NCBI GenBank assembly: GCA_035695825.1
Contig: DASRRH010000010.1
Coordinates: 3,806-67,805, forward strand
Length of the DNA: 64,000 nucleotides
Direction of reading: 5' to 3'
From: Planctomycetota bacterium
GTDB taxonomy: Bacteria; Planctomycetota; UBA1135; JAKEFM01
Shown: positions 17,462-26,656 of the stretch, in pieces
How positions within the stretch are numbered: the first letter of the stretch is position 1
Layout: each line of letters begins with the position of its first letter
Program-made: the position numbers and the translations under genes
The notes under the pieces: generated by a model
Seen by the model: the letters and a program-made list of their open reading frames with translations, nothing else
Databases searched by the model: none
Told to the model about the DNA's origin: nothing

Positions 17462-19189
17462 CTACCTCCTCCGGAACGCCTTCTCGAGGTCGGCGAGCGT
17501 GAAGCGAACCCGGGTCGGCCGCGCGTGCGCGCACGTCGCGTCGTGGGGGAGGGCCGCGCCACGGCGGATCAGGCTTTCGATCTCCTGGGGCTCGAGGCGA
17601 TCCCCCGCCATGACCGAGGCGCGGCAGGCCATCTTCTCGAGCGCCCCCTCGAGGATCCGCTCGGGGTCCGGGGCCTCCCCCTCGCTCGCGAGCGCGCAGA
17701 GGTCGGCGACCACGCCCTTCGCGTCGAACCGGCGGAGGCAGGCCGGCACGGCGCGGATCGCGACTTCCCCCTCGCCGAAGGGAGCGACGTCGAGGCCCGC
17801 GCGCGCGAGGGCAGGCGCGATCGACTCGATCAAGGCCGCCTCCGCCCGCGTCGTCTCGACGAACTCCGGGACGAGGAGGCGCTGGCTCTCGACCGCGCCG
17901 CGACGGAACTGCGCGCGGAGTTCTTCCAGCGTGACCCGCTCGTGGAGGGCGTGCTGGTCGAGGATCTCGAACCCTTCCTCCGTCTCCCGGACGAGGTAGG
18001 TGTCGTGGACCTGGAGGTACCGGGCCGGGACGTCGCGCGTCGGCGCGGTCGGCGGAGAGGCGGCATCGGGGACGAAGGTCGGAAGCGGAGGTTTGCGGAA
18101 CGCCGGGGCCTCGACGTCCGAGAAGTCGAAAGGGGTCGGCTCCGCGACCCGGTCGGGAGCCTCCCCCCGCGCGAGAGGCCCGACGGCGTTCCCCGGAGTC
18201 GCGGCGCCCGCCTTCCGGAGGCCCTCGAGGAGGGCGCGGTGGACGAGGGAAAAAACGCCCCTCGCGTCGCGGAACCGGACCTCGATCTTGGTCGGATGCA
18301 CGTTCGGGTCGACGGTCGCCGGATCGACGGCGAGGAAGAGGAACGCGACCGGGTGGCGCCCCTCCGGGAGGAACTCGCGGTAGGCCTCCCGCACCGCCCG
18401 CCCGAGCGCGCGGTCGCGGACGAAGCGGCCGTTCACGAAGAGGTAGAGGCGGGAGGCGTCCGGGCGCGAGAGACGCGGGGAGGCGCCGAAGCCCTCGACG
18501 CGGCTCGACCCCGCCTCGCCGGCGACCGGGAAGAGGGCCTCCGCCGTCTCGCGTCCGAACGCCTCCCGGATCCTCTCGCGCCGCGGGAGCCCGGCGGGGA
18601 GGCGGACCAGGACCTTCCCCTCGTGGCGGAGCACGAATTCCACTTCCTCCTCGGGGAGCGCGAGGCGGAGCAGCGCCTCGACGCCGTGGCCGAGCTCCGT
18701 TCCCTGCCCGCGGAGGAACTTCCGACGTGCCGGGTGAAAGGCGAAGAGGTCGCGCACCTCGACGACGGTCCCGGGGGGCGAGGCCGCCGGGCGGGGCTCG
18801 CCCGCCTTTCCGGCCTCCGCGACGATTTCCCCTCCCGTCTCGGCCCCCGCCGGGCGCGAAAGGATCCGCAACCGGCCGACCGCCGCCATCGAGGCGAGCG
18901 CCTCCCCCCGGAAGCCGAAGCTCGCGAGGTGCTCGAGGTCCCCGACGTCCGCGATCTTCGAGGTCGCGTGGCTCGCGAGGGCGAGGGACAACTCCTCGAA
19001 GGGGATCCCCGTCCCGTCGTCCGCGACGCGGAGGAGATCCGTTCCCCCCTTCTCGAGGTCGACCTCGATCCGGCGCGCGCGCGCGTCGAGGGCGTTCTCG
19101 ACGAGCTCCTTGACGAGGGAGGCGGGGCGCTCGATCACCTCCCCCGCCGCGATGCGGTCGACGATCTCCCGAGGGAGGCGGCGGATCAT
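17462..19189 (-). CDS. mutL: DNA mismatch repair protein MutL
   Basis: Start moved to the ATG at 19189: MIRRLPREIVDRIAAGEVIERPASLVKELVENALDA...DDGTGI...GFRGEAL. Confidence 0.92.
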   Translation of the reverse strand: MIRRLPREIVDRIAAGEVIERPASLVKELVENALDARARRIEVDLEKGGTDLLRVADDGTGIPFEELSLALASHATSKIADVGDLEHLASFGFRGEALASMAAVGRLRILSRPAGAETGGEIVAEAGKAGEPRPAASPPGTVVEVRDLFAFHPARRKFLRGQGTELGHGVEALLRLALPEEEVEFVLRHEGKVLVRLPAGLPRRERIREAFGRETAEALFPVAGEAGSSRVEGFGASPRLSRPDASRLYLFVNGRFVRDRALGRAVREAYREFLPEGRHPVAFLFLAVDPATVDPNVHPTKIEVRFRDARGVFSLVHRALLEGLRKAGAATPGNAVGPLARGEAPDRVAEPTPFDFSDVEAPAFRKPPLPTFVPDAASPPTAPTRDVPARYLQVHDTYLVRETEEGFEILDQHALHERVTLEELRAQFRRGAVESQRLLVPEFVETTRAEAALIESIAPALARAGLDVAPFGEGEVAIRAVPACLRRFDAKGVVADLCALASEGEAPDPERILEGALEKMACRASVMAGDRLEPQEIESLIRRGAALPHDATCAHARPTRVRFTLADLEKAFRRR

Positions 19190-20154
19190 CCCGGGCCTCC
19201 TCCGAACGCGGCCGCCAGCCGCCCGATCGCCGCGAGGGCGTCGGGCTCGCGCCCCGACTTCACCGCGACCTCGAGCGCGCGGAGGGCCCGGAGCAGGCGC
19301 TCGTGCCCGGCGGGGTTCCGCGCGCGGGCCGCCAAGTCGAGGTCGGATCCCGGCCACCCCTTCGAGCCGACGGACGCCGCGGCCTCCCGGATCGGGACTC
19401 CCCCGTCGAGGAGGCGGCGGACCTCCGCCGCACGGCGCGCGGACTCGTACATCCGCGCGAAGAGGATCGCGTAGAGCGCGCGGGGGTCGCGCTCGCGCCG
19501 GCCGGGGGCGAGCGCGAGGCCGTCTCGCCGGATCGTCTCGAGGATCCGGAGCGCCTGGGGAGACTTCCCCTCGACGAGGGCGGAGGCGAGGGCGAAGCCG
19601 TTCGCCTCCTCCCCCTCCGGGCCGGGGCACACGACGACGATTCCCCCCTTCCCGAGGAGGTCGGCGGCGAGGGGGTCCTTCTCGGTCTTCGTCGGGAGGG
19701 AGACGAGAAGGAGGGAGCCGTCGCGCTCTCCCTCGAGGAAGCGGAGACTGGCCGCCTCGAACTCCGTCCGCTCCCCCTGTTTCCGGGTCCGGCCTGCGAA
19801 CTTGCAGAGGCGCTCGGCGCGGCGCACGGCGATCGCGCGCGCGGGGGCGAAGAGAGGCGCCGCGACGAGGTCCGCGAAGAGGGCCCTCTCGTCGAACCCG
19901 TCCCCCTCGGCGTCGTGGGAGAAGAACGCGTGGGTCTCCCCTTCCGTCCCCCGGAGCATCTCGAGCGCGCGGTCGAAGGGGGAGGGATCGAAGCCGTGGG
20001 CGGGAAAGCGGTATTCGCCGACGAAGAGGACCACCGCGCTCCCCCTCCCCCCCCTCCGTTCCTCGAGGATCCGCGGGAGGGACTCCGGGCGGACGGTTCG
20101 CCCCGCCGGAGACGCGCCCCGCCGGGGGGCGGGGGTCGCGCGCGCCGGACTCAC
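19186..20154 (-). CDS. holA: DNA polymerase III delta subunit-like protein
   Basis: A GTG at 20154 overlaps the ubiA-like stop (GTGA). HolA-like layout: VVLFVGEY, LFADLVAAPLFAPARAIAVRRAE, and a C-terminal helical domain ...LRALEVAVKSG. The match is weaker than for the other calls. Confidence 0.65.
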   Translation of the reverse strand: MSPARATPAPRRGASPAGRTVRPESLPRILEERRGGRGSAVVLFVGEYRFPAHGFDPSPFDRALEMLRGTEGETHAFFSHDAEGDGFDERALFADLVAAPLFAPARAIAVRRAERLCKFAGRTRKQGERTEFEAASLRFLEGERDGSLLLVSLPTKTEKDPLAADLLGKGGIVVVCPGPEGEEANGFALASALVEGKSPQALRILETIRRDGLALAPGRRERDPRALYAILFARMYESARRAAEVRRLLDGGVPIREAAASVGSKGWPGSDLDLAARARNPAGHERLLRALRALEVAVKSGREPDALAAIGRLAAAFGGGPG

Positions 20155-21029
20155 GCCTTCCCCCGGAACGCGAAGTCGGCCCAGACGGCGAGGAAGAAGG
20201 CGACCGAGATCCACCCGTTCACCGTGAAGAAGGCGGCGTTCACTCGGGAGAGGTCTCTCGGCCGCACCAGGAGGTGCTCGACGAGGAGGAGGGCCGCGAC
20301 GAGTCCGATCCCGGCGTAGGTCGGCGCCCCGAGCCCGGCGCGCGCCGCGACGGCGAGGAGGAGCGGGACGACCGCCGCGTGGAGCGCGGAGGAAAGCCGC
20401 AGCGCCCCGGCGACGCCGAGGCGCGCCGGGATCGAACGCAGCCCCTCCCGCCGGTCGAAGGCGACGTCTTGGCAGGCGTAGATCAGGTCGAAGCCGGCGA
20501 CCCAGAGGGCGACCGCGAGCGCGAGGAGGAGGGGGGAAGCGAGGTCTCCCTCGAAGGAGCCGCGCACGGCGAGCCAGGCGCCGAGGGGCGCGACCCCGAG
20601 CGCCGCCCCGAGGACGAAGTGCGTCCCCGCGACGCGGCGCTTCAAGTGGCTGTACCCGAGCAGGAGGCCGAGCACGGGGAGGGCGAGCGCGCCGCAGAGC
20701 GGGGAGAGGGCGGAGGCGAGGAGGAGGAAGGCGAGCGCGTTCCCCGCGACGAAGAGCCGCACGAATCGGGGGGAGATCCTCCCCGCCGGCAGGGCCCGGG
20801 AGGCGGTCCGCGGGTTCCGGGCGTCGAGCTCGCGGTCGGCGAGCCGGTTCCACCCCATCGCCGCGCTCCGCGCCGCCACCACGCACGCGACGAGGAGGAG
20901 GAGGGTGCGCCCGTCGGGCCACCCGCGCGCGGCGAGGAGGGCGCCGACGAGGGCGAAGGGGAGGGCGAAGATCGAGTGGGAGAAGCGGATCGTCTCGAGG
21001 ACGACGGGGATCGGGGCGAGCGCTCTCAT
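20151..21029 (-). CDS. UbiA-family polyprenyltransferase (4-hydroxybenzoate/quinone prenyltransferase type)
   Basis: 292 aa with about 8 TM helices: NRLADRELDARNPRT and YACQDVAFDRREGLRS (the two Asp-rich UbiA motifs). The ATG overlaps the ubiX stop. Confidence 0.85.
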   Translation of the reverse strand: MRALAPIPVVLETIRFSHSIFALPFALVGALLAARGWPDGRTLLLLVACVVAARSAAMGWNRLADRELDARNPRTASRALPAGRISPRFVRLFVAGNALAFLLLASALSPLCGALALPVLGLLLGYSHLKRRVAGTHFVLGAALGVAPLGAWLAVRGSFEGDLASPLLLALAVALWVAGFDLIYACQDVAFDRREGLRSIPARLGVAGALRLSSALHAAVVPLLLAVAARAGLGAPTYAGIGLVAALLLVEHLLVRPRDLSRVNAAFFTVNGWISVAFFLAVWADFAFRGKA

Positions 21030-21661
21030 CCCCGGCGCGGCGCGTGCGGGAAGAAATCCTCCTCCCCCGCCGGCTCCTCCCCCCAGCGGCGGACGAGGTC
21101 GTGGTCGACCCCGAGGCGGTCGAGGATCTTGCCGACGACGTGGTCGACGAGGTCCTCGACCGTCCGGGGGCGGTGGTAGAAGCCCGGCATCGCCGGGAGG
21201 ATCGTCGCCCCCGCCCAAGCGAGGCGGACGAGATTGTCGAGGTGGACGCGGTTCAAGGGGGTCTCCCTCGGCACGAGGACGAGCGTCCGCCCCTCCTTCA
21301 GCGCGACGTCGCAGACACGCTCGACCAGGTTCGAGGAGAGCCCCGCCGCGACGCGGGCGGCCGTGCCCATCGAGCAGGGGACGACGACGGCCCCCCGGAC
21401 GGGGTGCGTCCCGCTCGAGGGAGGGGCCTCGATCGCCCCGATCGGGTGGTAGAGGACCTCTCCCTCCGAACCCCTCCGGAAGGAGGCGAGGTCGGGCGCC
21501 GAAGGGTCGAGCCGGAGCCCGCACTCGAGGGAGAGGACCTTGAGGCCCGACTCGGTGATCGAGAGGTGGACCCTGCGACCCGCCGCGGCGAGCGCCCGGA
21601 CGAGGGAGAGCGCGTAGGGAGCGCCGCTCCCCCCCGTGATCCCGACGAAGAAGGCCTCCAC
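21026..21661 (-). CDS. ubiX: flavin prenyltransferase UbiX
   Basis: 211 aa: FFVGITGGSGAPYAL...VVVPCSMGTAARVAAGLSSNLVERVCDVALKEGRTLVLVPRETPL. Confidence 0.9.
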   Translation of the reverse strand: MEAFFVGITGGSGAPYALSLVRALAAAGRRVHLSITESGLKVLSLECGLRLDPSAPDLASFRRGSEGEVLYHPIGAIEAPPSSGTHPVRGAVVVPCSMGTAARVAAGLSSNLVERVCDVALKEGRTLVLVPRETPLNRVHLDNLVRLAWAGATILPAMPGFYHRPRTVEDLVDHVVGKILDRLGVDHDLVRRWGEEPAGEEDFFPHAPRRG

Positions 21662-21664
21662 CGG

Positions 21665-22378
21665 TCACCCCGCGAGGTAGAGGAGGTCGTAGAAGGCGTG
21701 GGTGTAGATCGCCACGCCGATCCCCCGTCCGAGGAAGAGTCCGCCGAGGATCGCGCCGGCGATCGTTCGGAAGGCGAACGCGTTCCCGTCGAAGGGGGCG
21801 CCAAAGACTCCGAGGTGGTGGAACCCCGCGAACGCGAGGGAGGAGAGGGCGATCGCGACCCCGAGCGCCGTGCCCCTCCCGCTCCCGAGCGGCTCGAGGA
21901 GCCGGAGGGCGATCACGTAGAGGGCGGGGAGGAGGAGGAGGCGGAAGGCGATCTCCTCGTAGACGCCCGCTCCGACGGCGAGGACCCCCCCGAGGAGGGG
22001 GGAAGGGGCGGGGGCCGCGAGCGTGATGGCCGCCTCCCCGAGGCGGCTCTTGAGGAGGAGCACCGCCGGCCCGAGGAGCGCAGCGTAGAGGAGCCCTTCG
22101 AGCGCGAGGGGGAAGGCATAGCGGTGGGCCGGCAGCTTCTCCCGCGCGGCGTGGAGGGCGGCGGCCACCACCGCGCCGAGGAGGAGCGCGCCGAAGACGA
22201 ACCTCCCCGCCGGTCCGAACCCGGCGAGGAAGGCCCGGCGGAGGACGGCGTCGGCGCCGTTGCGCACGGGGCTCCCGGAGAGGAGGACCCCCGCCTCGTA
22301 GATCGCGAGGAGCGGAGAGGCGGCGAGGATCCCCACTTCCAGGCGCCGGCTGCGGTCGAGGTACTCCCGCGCGCGCAT
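21665..22378 (-). CDS. CPBP-family intramembrane glutamic endopeptidase
   Basis: ATG at 22378; multi-TM. Motifs: VYEEIAFRLLLLP and FAGFHH, ending ...THAFYDL. Confidence 0.8.
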   Translation of the reverse strand: MRAREYLDRSRRLEVGILAASPLLAIYEAGVLLSGSPVRNGADAVLRRAFLAGFGPAGRFVFGALLLGAVVAAALHAAREKLPAHRYAFPLALEGLLYAALLGPAVLLLKSRLGEAAITLAAPAPSPLLGGVLAVGAGVYEEIAFRLLLLPALYVIALRLLEPLGSGRGTALGVAIALSSLAFAGFHHLGVFGAPFDGNAFAFRTIAGAILGGLFLGRGIGVAIYTHAFYDLLYLAG

Positions 22379-22389
22379 GGCGCGCCATC

Positions 22390-23121
22390 TTAAGGCCGGC
22401 GAACCCCCTCGACGCAGGCGACGATCCCTCCGGTCAGCGTCCGGCAGCGCACGGCTTCGCACCCCGCCTCCCCGACGGCCCGCGCCAGGGCCGCCGGATC
22501 GCCGAAACGCAAGACGGTGCGCGGGAGATACTCGTAGGCCTCCCGCCGCCCGGTGATCCATCCACCGATGGCGGGAAGGACGCGCCGGGCGTACGCGCGG
22601 TAGAGGGCGGCGAAGGGGCCCCGACCGGGACGGACGAACTCGAGCACGACGAGCCTCCCGCCGGGCGCCAGGAGCCGGGCCATCTCCGCGAGCCCCGCCT
22701 GAGGGTCTGCGAGGTTCCGCAGGCCGAAGGCGACGGCCACCGCGTCGAAGGCACCCGACTGGAAGGGGAGCGAGAGCGCGTCGCCCGTGACGAAGCGGAC
22801 CGTGGAGCGGCGCGCGCGGGCCTTCGCGACCCCGAGCCGGACCATCTCGGGACAGAAGTCGAGGGCGAAGACCGCCCCGCCCCGACGCTCGATGGCGAAG
22901 GCGAGGTCCCCCGTCCCCGCGCAGACGTCGAGCGCGCGCGCCCCCGCGCGGAGACCCGCCGCGCGCGCCGCAACCCGCCTCCACGCGCGATCGCGGCCGA
23001 AGGAGAGGAGGAGATTCCCGAGGTCGTACCGGGGGGCGATGCGACCGAACATCGCCCGCACCCCCTCCGGAGGGACGCCGGGGGAGGCGAGGCCCCGCGC
23101 GGGGGGAGGGGCAGCGCTCAC
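22390..23121 (-). CDS. ubiE: demethylmenaquinone/ubiquinone C-methyltransferase (UbiE/MenG)
   Basis: MFGRIAPRYDLGNLLLSFGRDRAWRR...LDVCAGTGDLA...FGLRNLADP...PGGRLVVLEF. Start ambiguous: GTG at 23121 or ATG at 23052. Confidence 0.85.
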   Translation of the reverse strand: MSAAPPPARGLASPGVPPEGVRAMFGRIAPRYDLGNLLLSFGRDRAWRRVAARAAGLRAGARALDVCAGTGDLAFAIERRGGAVFALDFCPEMVRLGVAKARARRSTVRFVTGDALSLPFQSGAFDAVAVAFGLRNLADPQAGLAEMARLLAPGGRLVVLEFVRPGRGPFAALYRAYARRVLPAIGGWITGRREAYEYLPRTVLRFGDPAALARAVGEAGCEAVRCRTLTGGIVACVEGVRRP

Positions 23122-23204
23122 GGGCCCCTCCGGAGACGGAACGGGGAGTCCCGTCGGAGGGCGGAACTCCCCGCGCAAGTGGAGAGAGCCTCGGAGGCGG
23201 ACCG

Positions 23205-26200
23205 CTACATCCGCCAGTAGTTGCAGACGACGGCGGCCCCGGGCGCCTGGATCGACTGGACGCCCGGCGTCACGGGGTCGACGTCGACGCGGAGCATCGA
23301 GGTCGCGTCGATCACGTCGATCGTCCCCGAGCTCGGGTTGCTGACGAAGAGGTAGGTGTAGAAGTTGACGTTGCTCAGCCCCCCCGGCACCGGACGGACC
23401 TGCTGCTTCGAGTCCTGGGAGATCGTGGGCGCCGGGGCGAACGCGAAGGCGATCTGCGGGCCCGCGCCGATGTTCACGACGTCGTCGAAGGCGATGTCGG
23501 TCGGGAAGCCGGTGAGCTGCGCCGGCGCGACGACGCGGTCGACCGTCCACTCCTTGTCGCGGAAGCTCGGCGAGACGGTCACGTTGAACTGGGCCGTCGG
23601 GTTGAGGGGGAGGGCACCCGCGGGACCGTTGTGGAGGTGGATGTGGGAGACGGTCGGCTGGCCCTGCGCGGTCCGGTGGGTGACCCACGCCCCGCTCATC
23701 AGGTCCCGGAGGTCGGGCTGGATCGCCGTCGGGTTGGGGAAGTCGAACGGGAGGATCCCGATCACGTTGTCGAACCCGATCCCGTTCGTGCCGTCCGGCC
23801 CGGACTCGAAGGTGGCGACCGTGCCCGTCTGGTTCAGGATGTAGGCGTAGTAGAGCTGGCTGTTGAGGCCGATGCCGAGCTGGCGGGTCGTGATGGCGAT
23901 GTCGATGGGATTGACGATCTGGTTCGCGATGGTCTTGCGCACCGTGAGGGTGAACCCGGCGATGATCGACACGTTGCTCGAGAGGTTGTTGCAGACGAAG
24001 AGGTCCTCGTTGTCGGGCTCCCAGGCGATCCCGAGCGGGCCGTTGCCGACGACGATCGTCGCGACGATCTGGTGGAAAGTCGGGGAGGTCGGGTCGATGT
24101 CGATCATGGAGACCGTGTCGGTGGCGAAGTTCGAGACCGCGAGGCGCTTGAGGTTGGGCTCGAGGGCGAGGCGCGTCGGATCGGGGAGGGCGATCGTGTC
24201 GATCAGGGTCATCCGGTTGCTGTTGAGGACGACGATCTTGTCCTGCACCGGATCGACGACGTAGAGGAAGTGCCCGACCTGCTGGCGAAGGAACCACGGG
24301 ATCCCCGCGCACGCCGTCGGGTCCCCTCCCGCCGCGGCGGCGTCGACGGGGCCGAGGAATCCGGGCGCGCCGTTGTTGATCGAGTGGTAGTAGCCCGTCG
24401 GGGGCGTCGGGACACCGAACTGGGGGGCCGGGTTCCCGAAGAAGCTCCCCTGCCCCATGACGTTCGTGATGCCGGGGGGCTGGGCCACCGACGTCACCTC
24501 CTTGCCGAGGATCAACGGGGAGACGCACAGCGGCGAGGCGAGGGGGATCAGGAACTGGGGGGGGTTCGGCTCGGGCTCGACCTGGATCGTGTTCTCGAAG
24601 AAATTCGTCGTCGTGGAGCGGAACCCGTCGTTCGCGCAGATGTTCCCCCCGCCGACCGCGCAGACCGCCTGCGAGTTGTTGACGACGGTGTCGAGGGCGC
24701 GGCCGATCGCGATGTCCGCGACGGAGGTGAGGATCGGCGGGCGGACGACCCGGTCGGAGAGGGCCGAGTCGCGCGCGAGGGAGAAGACCCCGCCCGATCC
24801 CCCGTTGAGGGAGTCGTTCCCCTGGGTGATCGGGGGGACCAGTCCGGAGCCCCAAGCCTGAAGGTTCGCGTTGTACTTGAACTTCGAGGTCGGGATGTGG
24901 GGCTTCGTCGGGTCGATCTGGTCCCAGAACCACTCGATCACCTGCGGCGTGTTCGGGTCGTCCGTGACGTGGAGCCCGGTCCCCGCGCCGAAGCCGTTCA
25001 GGTCGATCACGGAGAGGCCGGGCTCGGAGCCGTTCCTCCCGACGTAGAGGGCGCCCGGGGAGACGACGGCATTCACGAGGCCCGGGCCCTCCCCCGTCTC
25101 GAAGAAGGTCGCCGCCGCCTGGGTGTTCAGGTTGATCGGAGAGGGGTTGGGGTTGAGGAAGTTATAGCGGAGGTCGGCGATCGTCCCGGGGGCGACGGAG
25201 ACGTTGACCGTGTTGAACTCCCCGGGCCCGTTCACGGGGTCGGAGCCGGGAAAGTTGAAGGACGGCTGCAGCCGGTAGCGCGCGAGGTTGTAGGGGCTGA
25301 CGGGCGCGGCCGTGAAGGTGACCGCGATCTGCGAGGTGGGAGGGCCGAAGGAGACGGACGTGCTCGGCGACAGCCCCGGCGGAACCGGCGAGGGGAGCTG
25401 CCCCACGCGACCGGGCTGGACGGGCTCCGTGAACTCGACGTCGATCGGCGTGAGCGGGCTCACCCCCGTCTGGTTAGCGGCGAGGACCATCTGTCCGTTG
25501 ACCTCGACGAACACGGCGGGCGCGGTGGTCGTCGGATCGCGCAGGACCTCGGGAGCGAGCGAGTCGGGGCCGACCGTCGAGGAGGCATGCGCCTCCCGGA
25601 TCAGCAGGTCTCCCCCCTTCGCCTTGACGCCCGTCGCGCACTTGACCTGGATCTGCTTTCCCGCGGGGAACGTCTCGAAGGTCGAGAGGTTGCCGTCGGC
25701 GTCGGGGACGAAAACGAAGGACTGCGGCTGCACCAGGCGCGCCGCGTCAGGGAAGCTCGAGAGGACGCCGGGGAAGCCGAGCCCCTGGGGCTGGAGGGCG
25801 ACCGGCTGCCCCGAGGCGGCGGCGCCGACCCAGCGGACGAGCGAGCCGGGGTTCGCCGGGTCGGGGGTGAAGCCGTCGACGAACGCCCGGCCCGGGATCG
25901 GCGTCGAGACCCCCGTCAGCGGATCGAGGGCGGTCACCGTGATCGCCCCGGTCAGCCCGAAGTTCACCCCCCCGGCCGCCGAGAGGTCGATCACCGAGTC
26001 GGTCCTGATCGGTCGCGTGAACTCGACGAGGACAAAGTGGTTCCCCGGGTCGCCGCTCGGGAGGGTCGCGCCCGTCGGCCAGTTCGGGACCGGGAGGACC
26101 GGGTTGAGGTCCGGGTTCGTGCGGTGGACGTTCGCGATGAGATCCTCGATTTGGCGGATCTCGATCACGGCGCTCGTCGGCTGCTGCGCGCTGTTGAGCG

Positions 26201-26363
26201 TGTGGATCTGGTACGGGAGGAGCTGGCCGGGAAACCCGTTCGAGACGACGACGATGTCCATCGGGCCGGAGTTGATCCCGCCCCCCCCTCCGCCGCCGCA
26301 CGCCGCGATCGGGAGAGCCACAGCCGCGAGGAACGCGAAGCGAACGCCCGGAAGGTTTCTCAT
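23205..26363 (-). CDS. large (1052 aa) surface lipoprotein with Ig-like N-terminal domains and YVTN-type beta-propeller repeats
   Basis: ATG at 26363: MRNLPGVRFAFLAAVALPIAAC (lipobox) followed by a Gly run. The N/T/P/V-rich body contains repeats such as YVVDPVQDKIVVLNSN...LAVSNFATDTVSMIDID...GIAWEPDNEDLFVCNNLSSNVSII. Confidence 0.8.
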   Translation of the reverse strand: MRNLPGVRFAFLAAVALPIAACGGGGGGGINSGPMDIVVVSNGFPGQLLPYQIHTLNSAQQPTSAVIEIRQIEDLIANVHRTNPDLNPVLPVPNWPTGATLPSGDPGNHFVLVEFTRPIRTDSVIDLSAAGGVNFGLTGAITVTALDPLTGVSTPIPGRAFVDGFTPDPANPGSLVRWVGAAASGQPVALQPQGLGFPGVLSSFPDAARLVQPQSFVFVPDADGNLSTFETFPAGKQIQVKCATGVKAKGGDLLIREAHASSTVGPDSLAPEVLRDPTTTAPAVFVEVNGQMVLAANQTGVSPLTPIDVEFTEPVQPGRVGQLPSPVPPGLSPSTSVSFGPPTSQIAVTFTAAPVSPYNLARYRLQPSFNFPGSDPVNGPGEFNTVNVSVAPGTIADLRYNFLNPNPSPINLNTQAAATFFETGEGPGLVNAVVSPGALYVGRNGSEPGLSVIDLNGFGAGTGLHVTDDPNTPQVIEWFWDQIDPTKPHIPTSKFKYNANLQAWGSGLVPPITQGNDSLNGGSGGVFSLARDSALSDRVVRPPILTSVADIAIGRALDTVVNNSQAVCAVGGGNICANDGFRSTTTNFFENTIQVEPEPNPPQFLIPLASPLCVSPLILGKEVTSVAQPPGITNVMGQGSFFGNPAPQFGVPTPPTGYYHSINNGAPGFLGPVDAAAAGGDPTACAGIPWFLRQQVGHFLYVVDPVQDKIVVLNSNRMTLIDTIALPDPTRLALEPNLKRLAVSNFATDTVSMIDIDPTSPTFHQIVATIVVGNGPLGIAWEPDNEDLFVCNNLSSNVSIIAGFTLTVRKTIANQIVNPIDIAITTRQLGIGLNSQLYYAYILNQTGTVATFESGPDGTNGIGFDNVIGILPFDFPNPTAIQPDLRDLMSGAWVTHRTAQGQPTVSHIHLHNGPAGALPLNPTAQFNVTVSPSFRDKEWTVDRVVAPAQLTGFPTDIAFDDVVNIGAGPQIAFAFAPAPTISQDSKQQVRPVPGGLSNVNFYTYLFVSNPSSGTIDVIDATSMLRVDVDPVTPGVQSIQAPGAAVVCNYWRM

Positions 26364-26656
26364 CGCTCTTCTCCGACGAAGGCCGGTCGTGCCGGCGCGG
26401 GATGGGCCGCAGGGCCCGGCCCGCGGGCGCCAGGAACGGGGGGTCCGGGGCAATCGGCATGCCCGGGATCCCGCTCCCGGAAGGGGCCTCCGCGAGCCCG
26501 TGCGCGTCGAGAGCCCGCACGCAGCCCGTGCGACCCCGCACCCCGCCGACGGGTAGGGATTGTATCGGCCGCCTCCCGGGGGGGGAAGCAAGGGAGGGCT
26601 CGCGCGTTGCCTCCGCGTTCGCGCAGGCGATAGATTACGCCGTGACCGAAACCAGG

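Noticed and set aside
23126-23161. Interrupted hairpin (ccctccg...acggg-gagt-cccgt-cggaggg) after the large lipoprotein gene as an intrinsic terminator
   Set aside because: The structure is plausible, but it lacks a U-tract and abuts the alternative ubiE start. I mention it only as context and do not call it as a feature.
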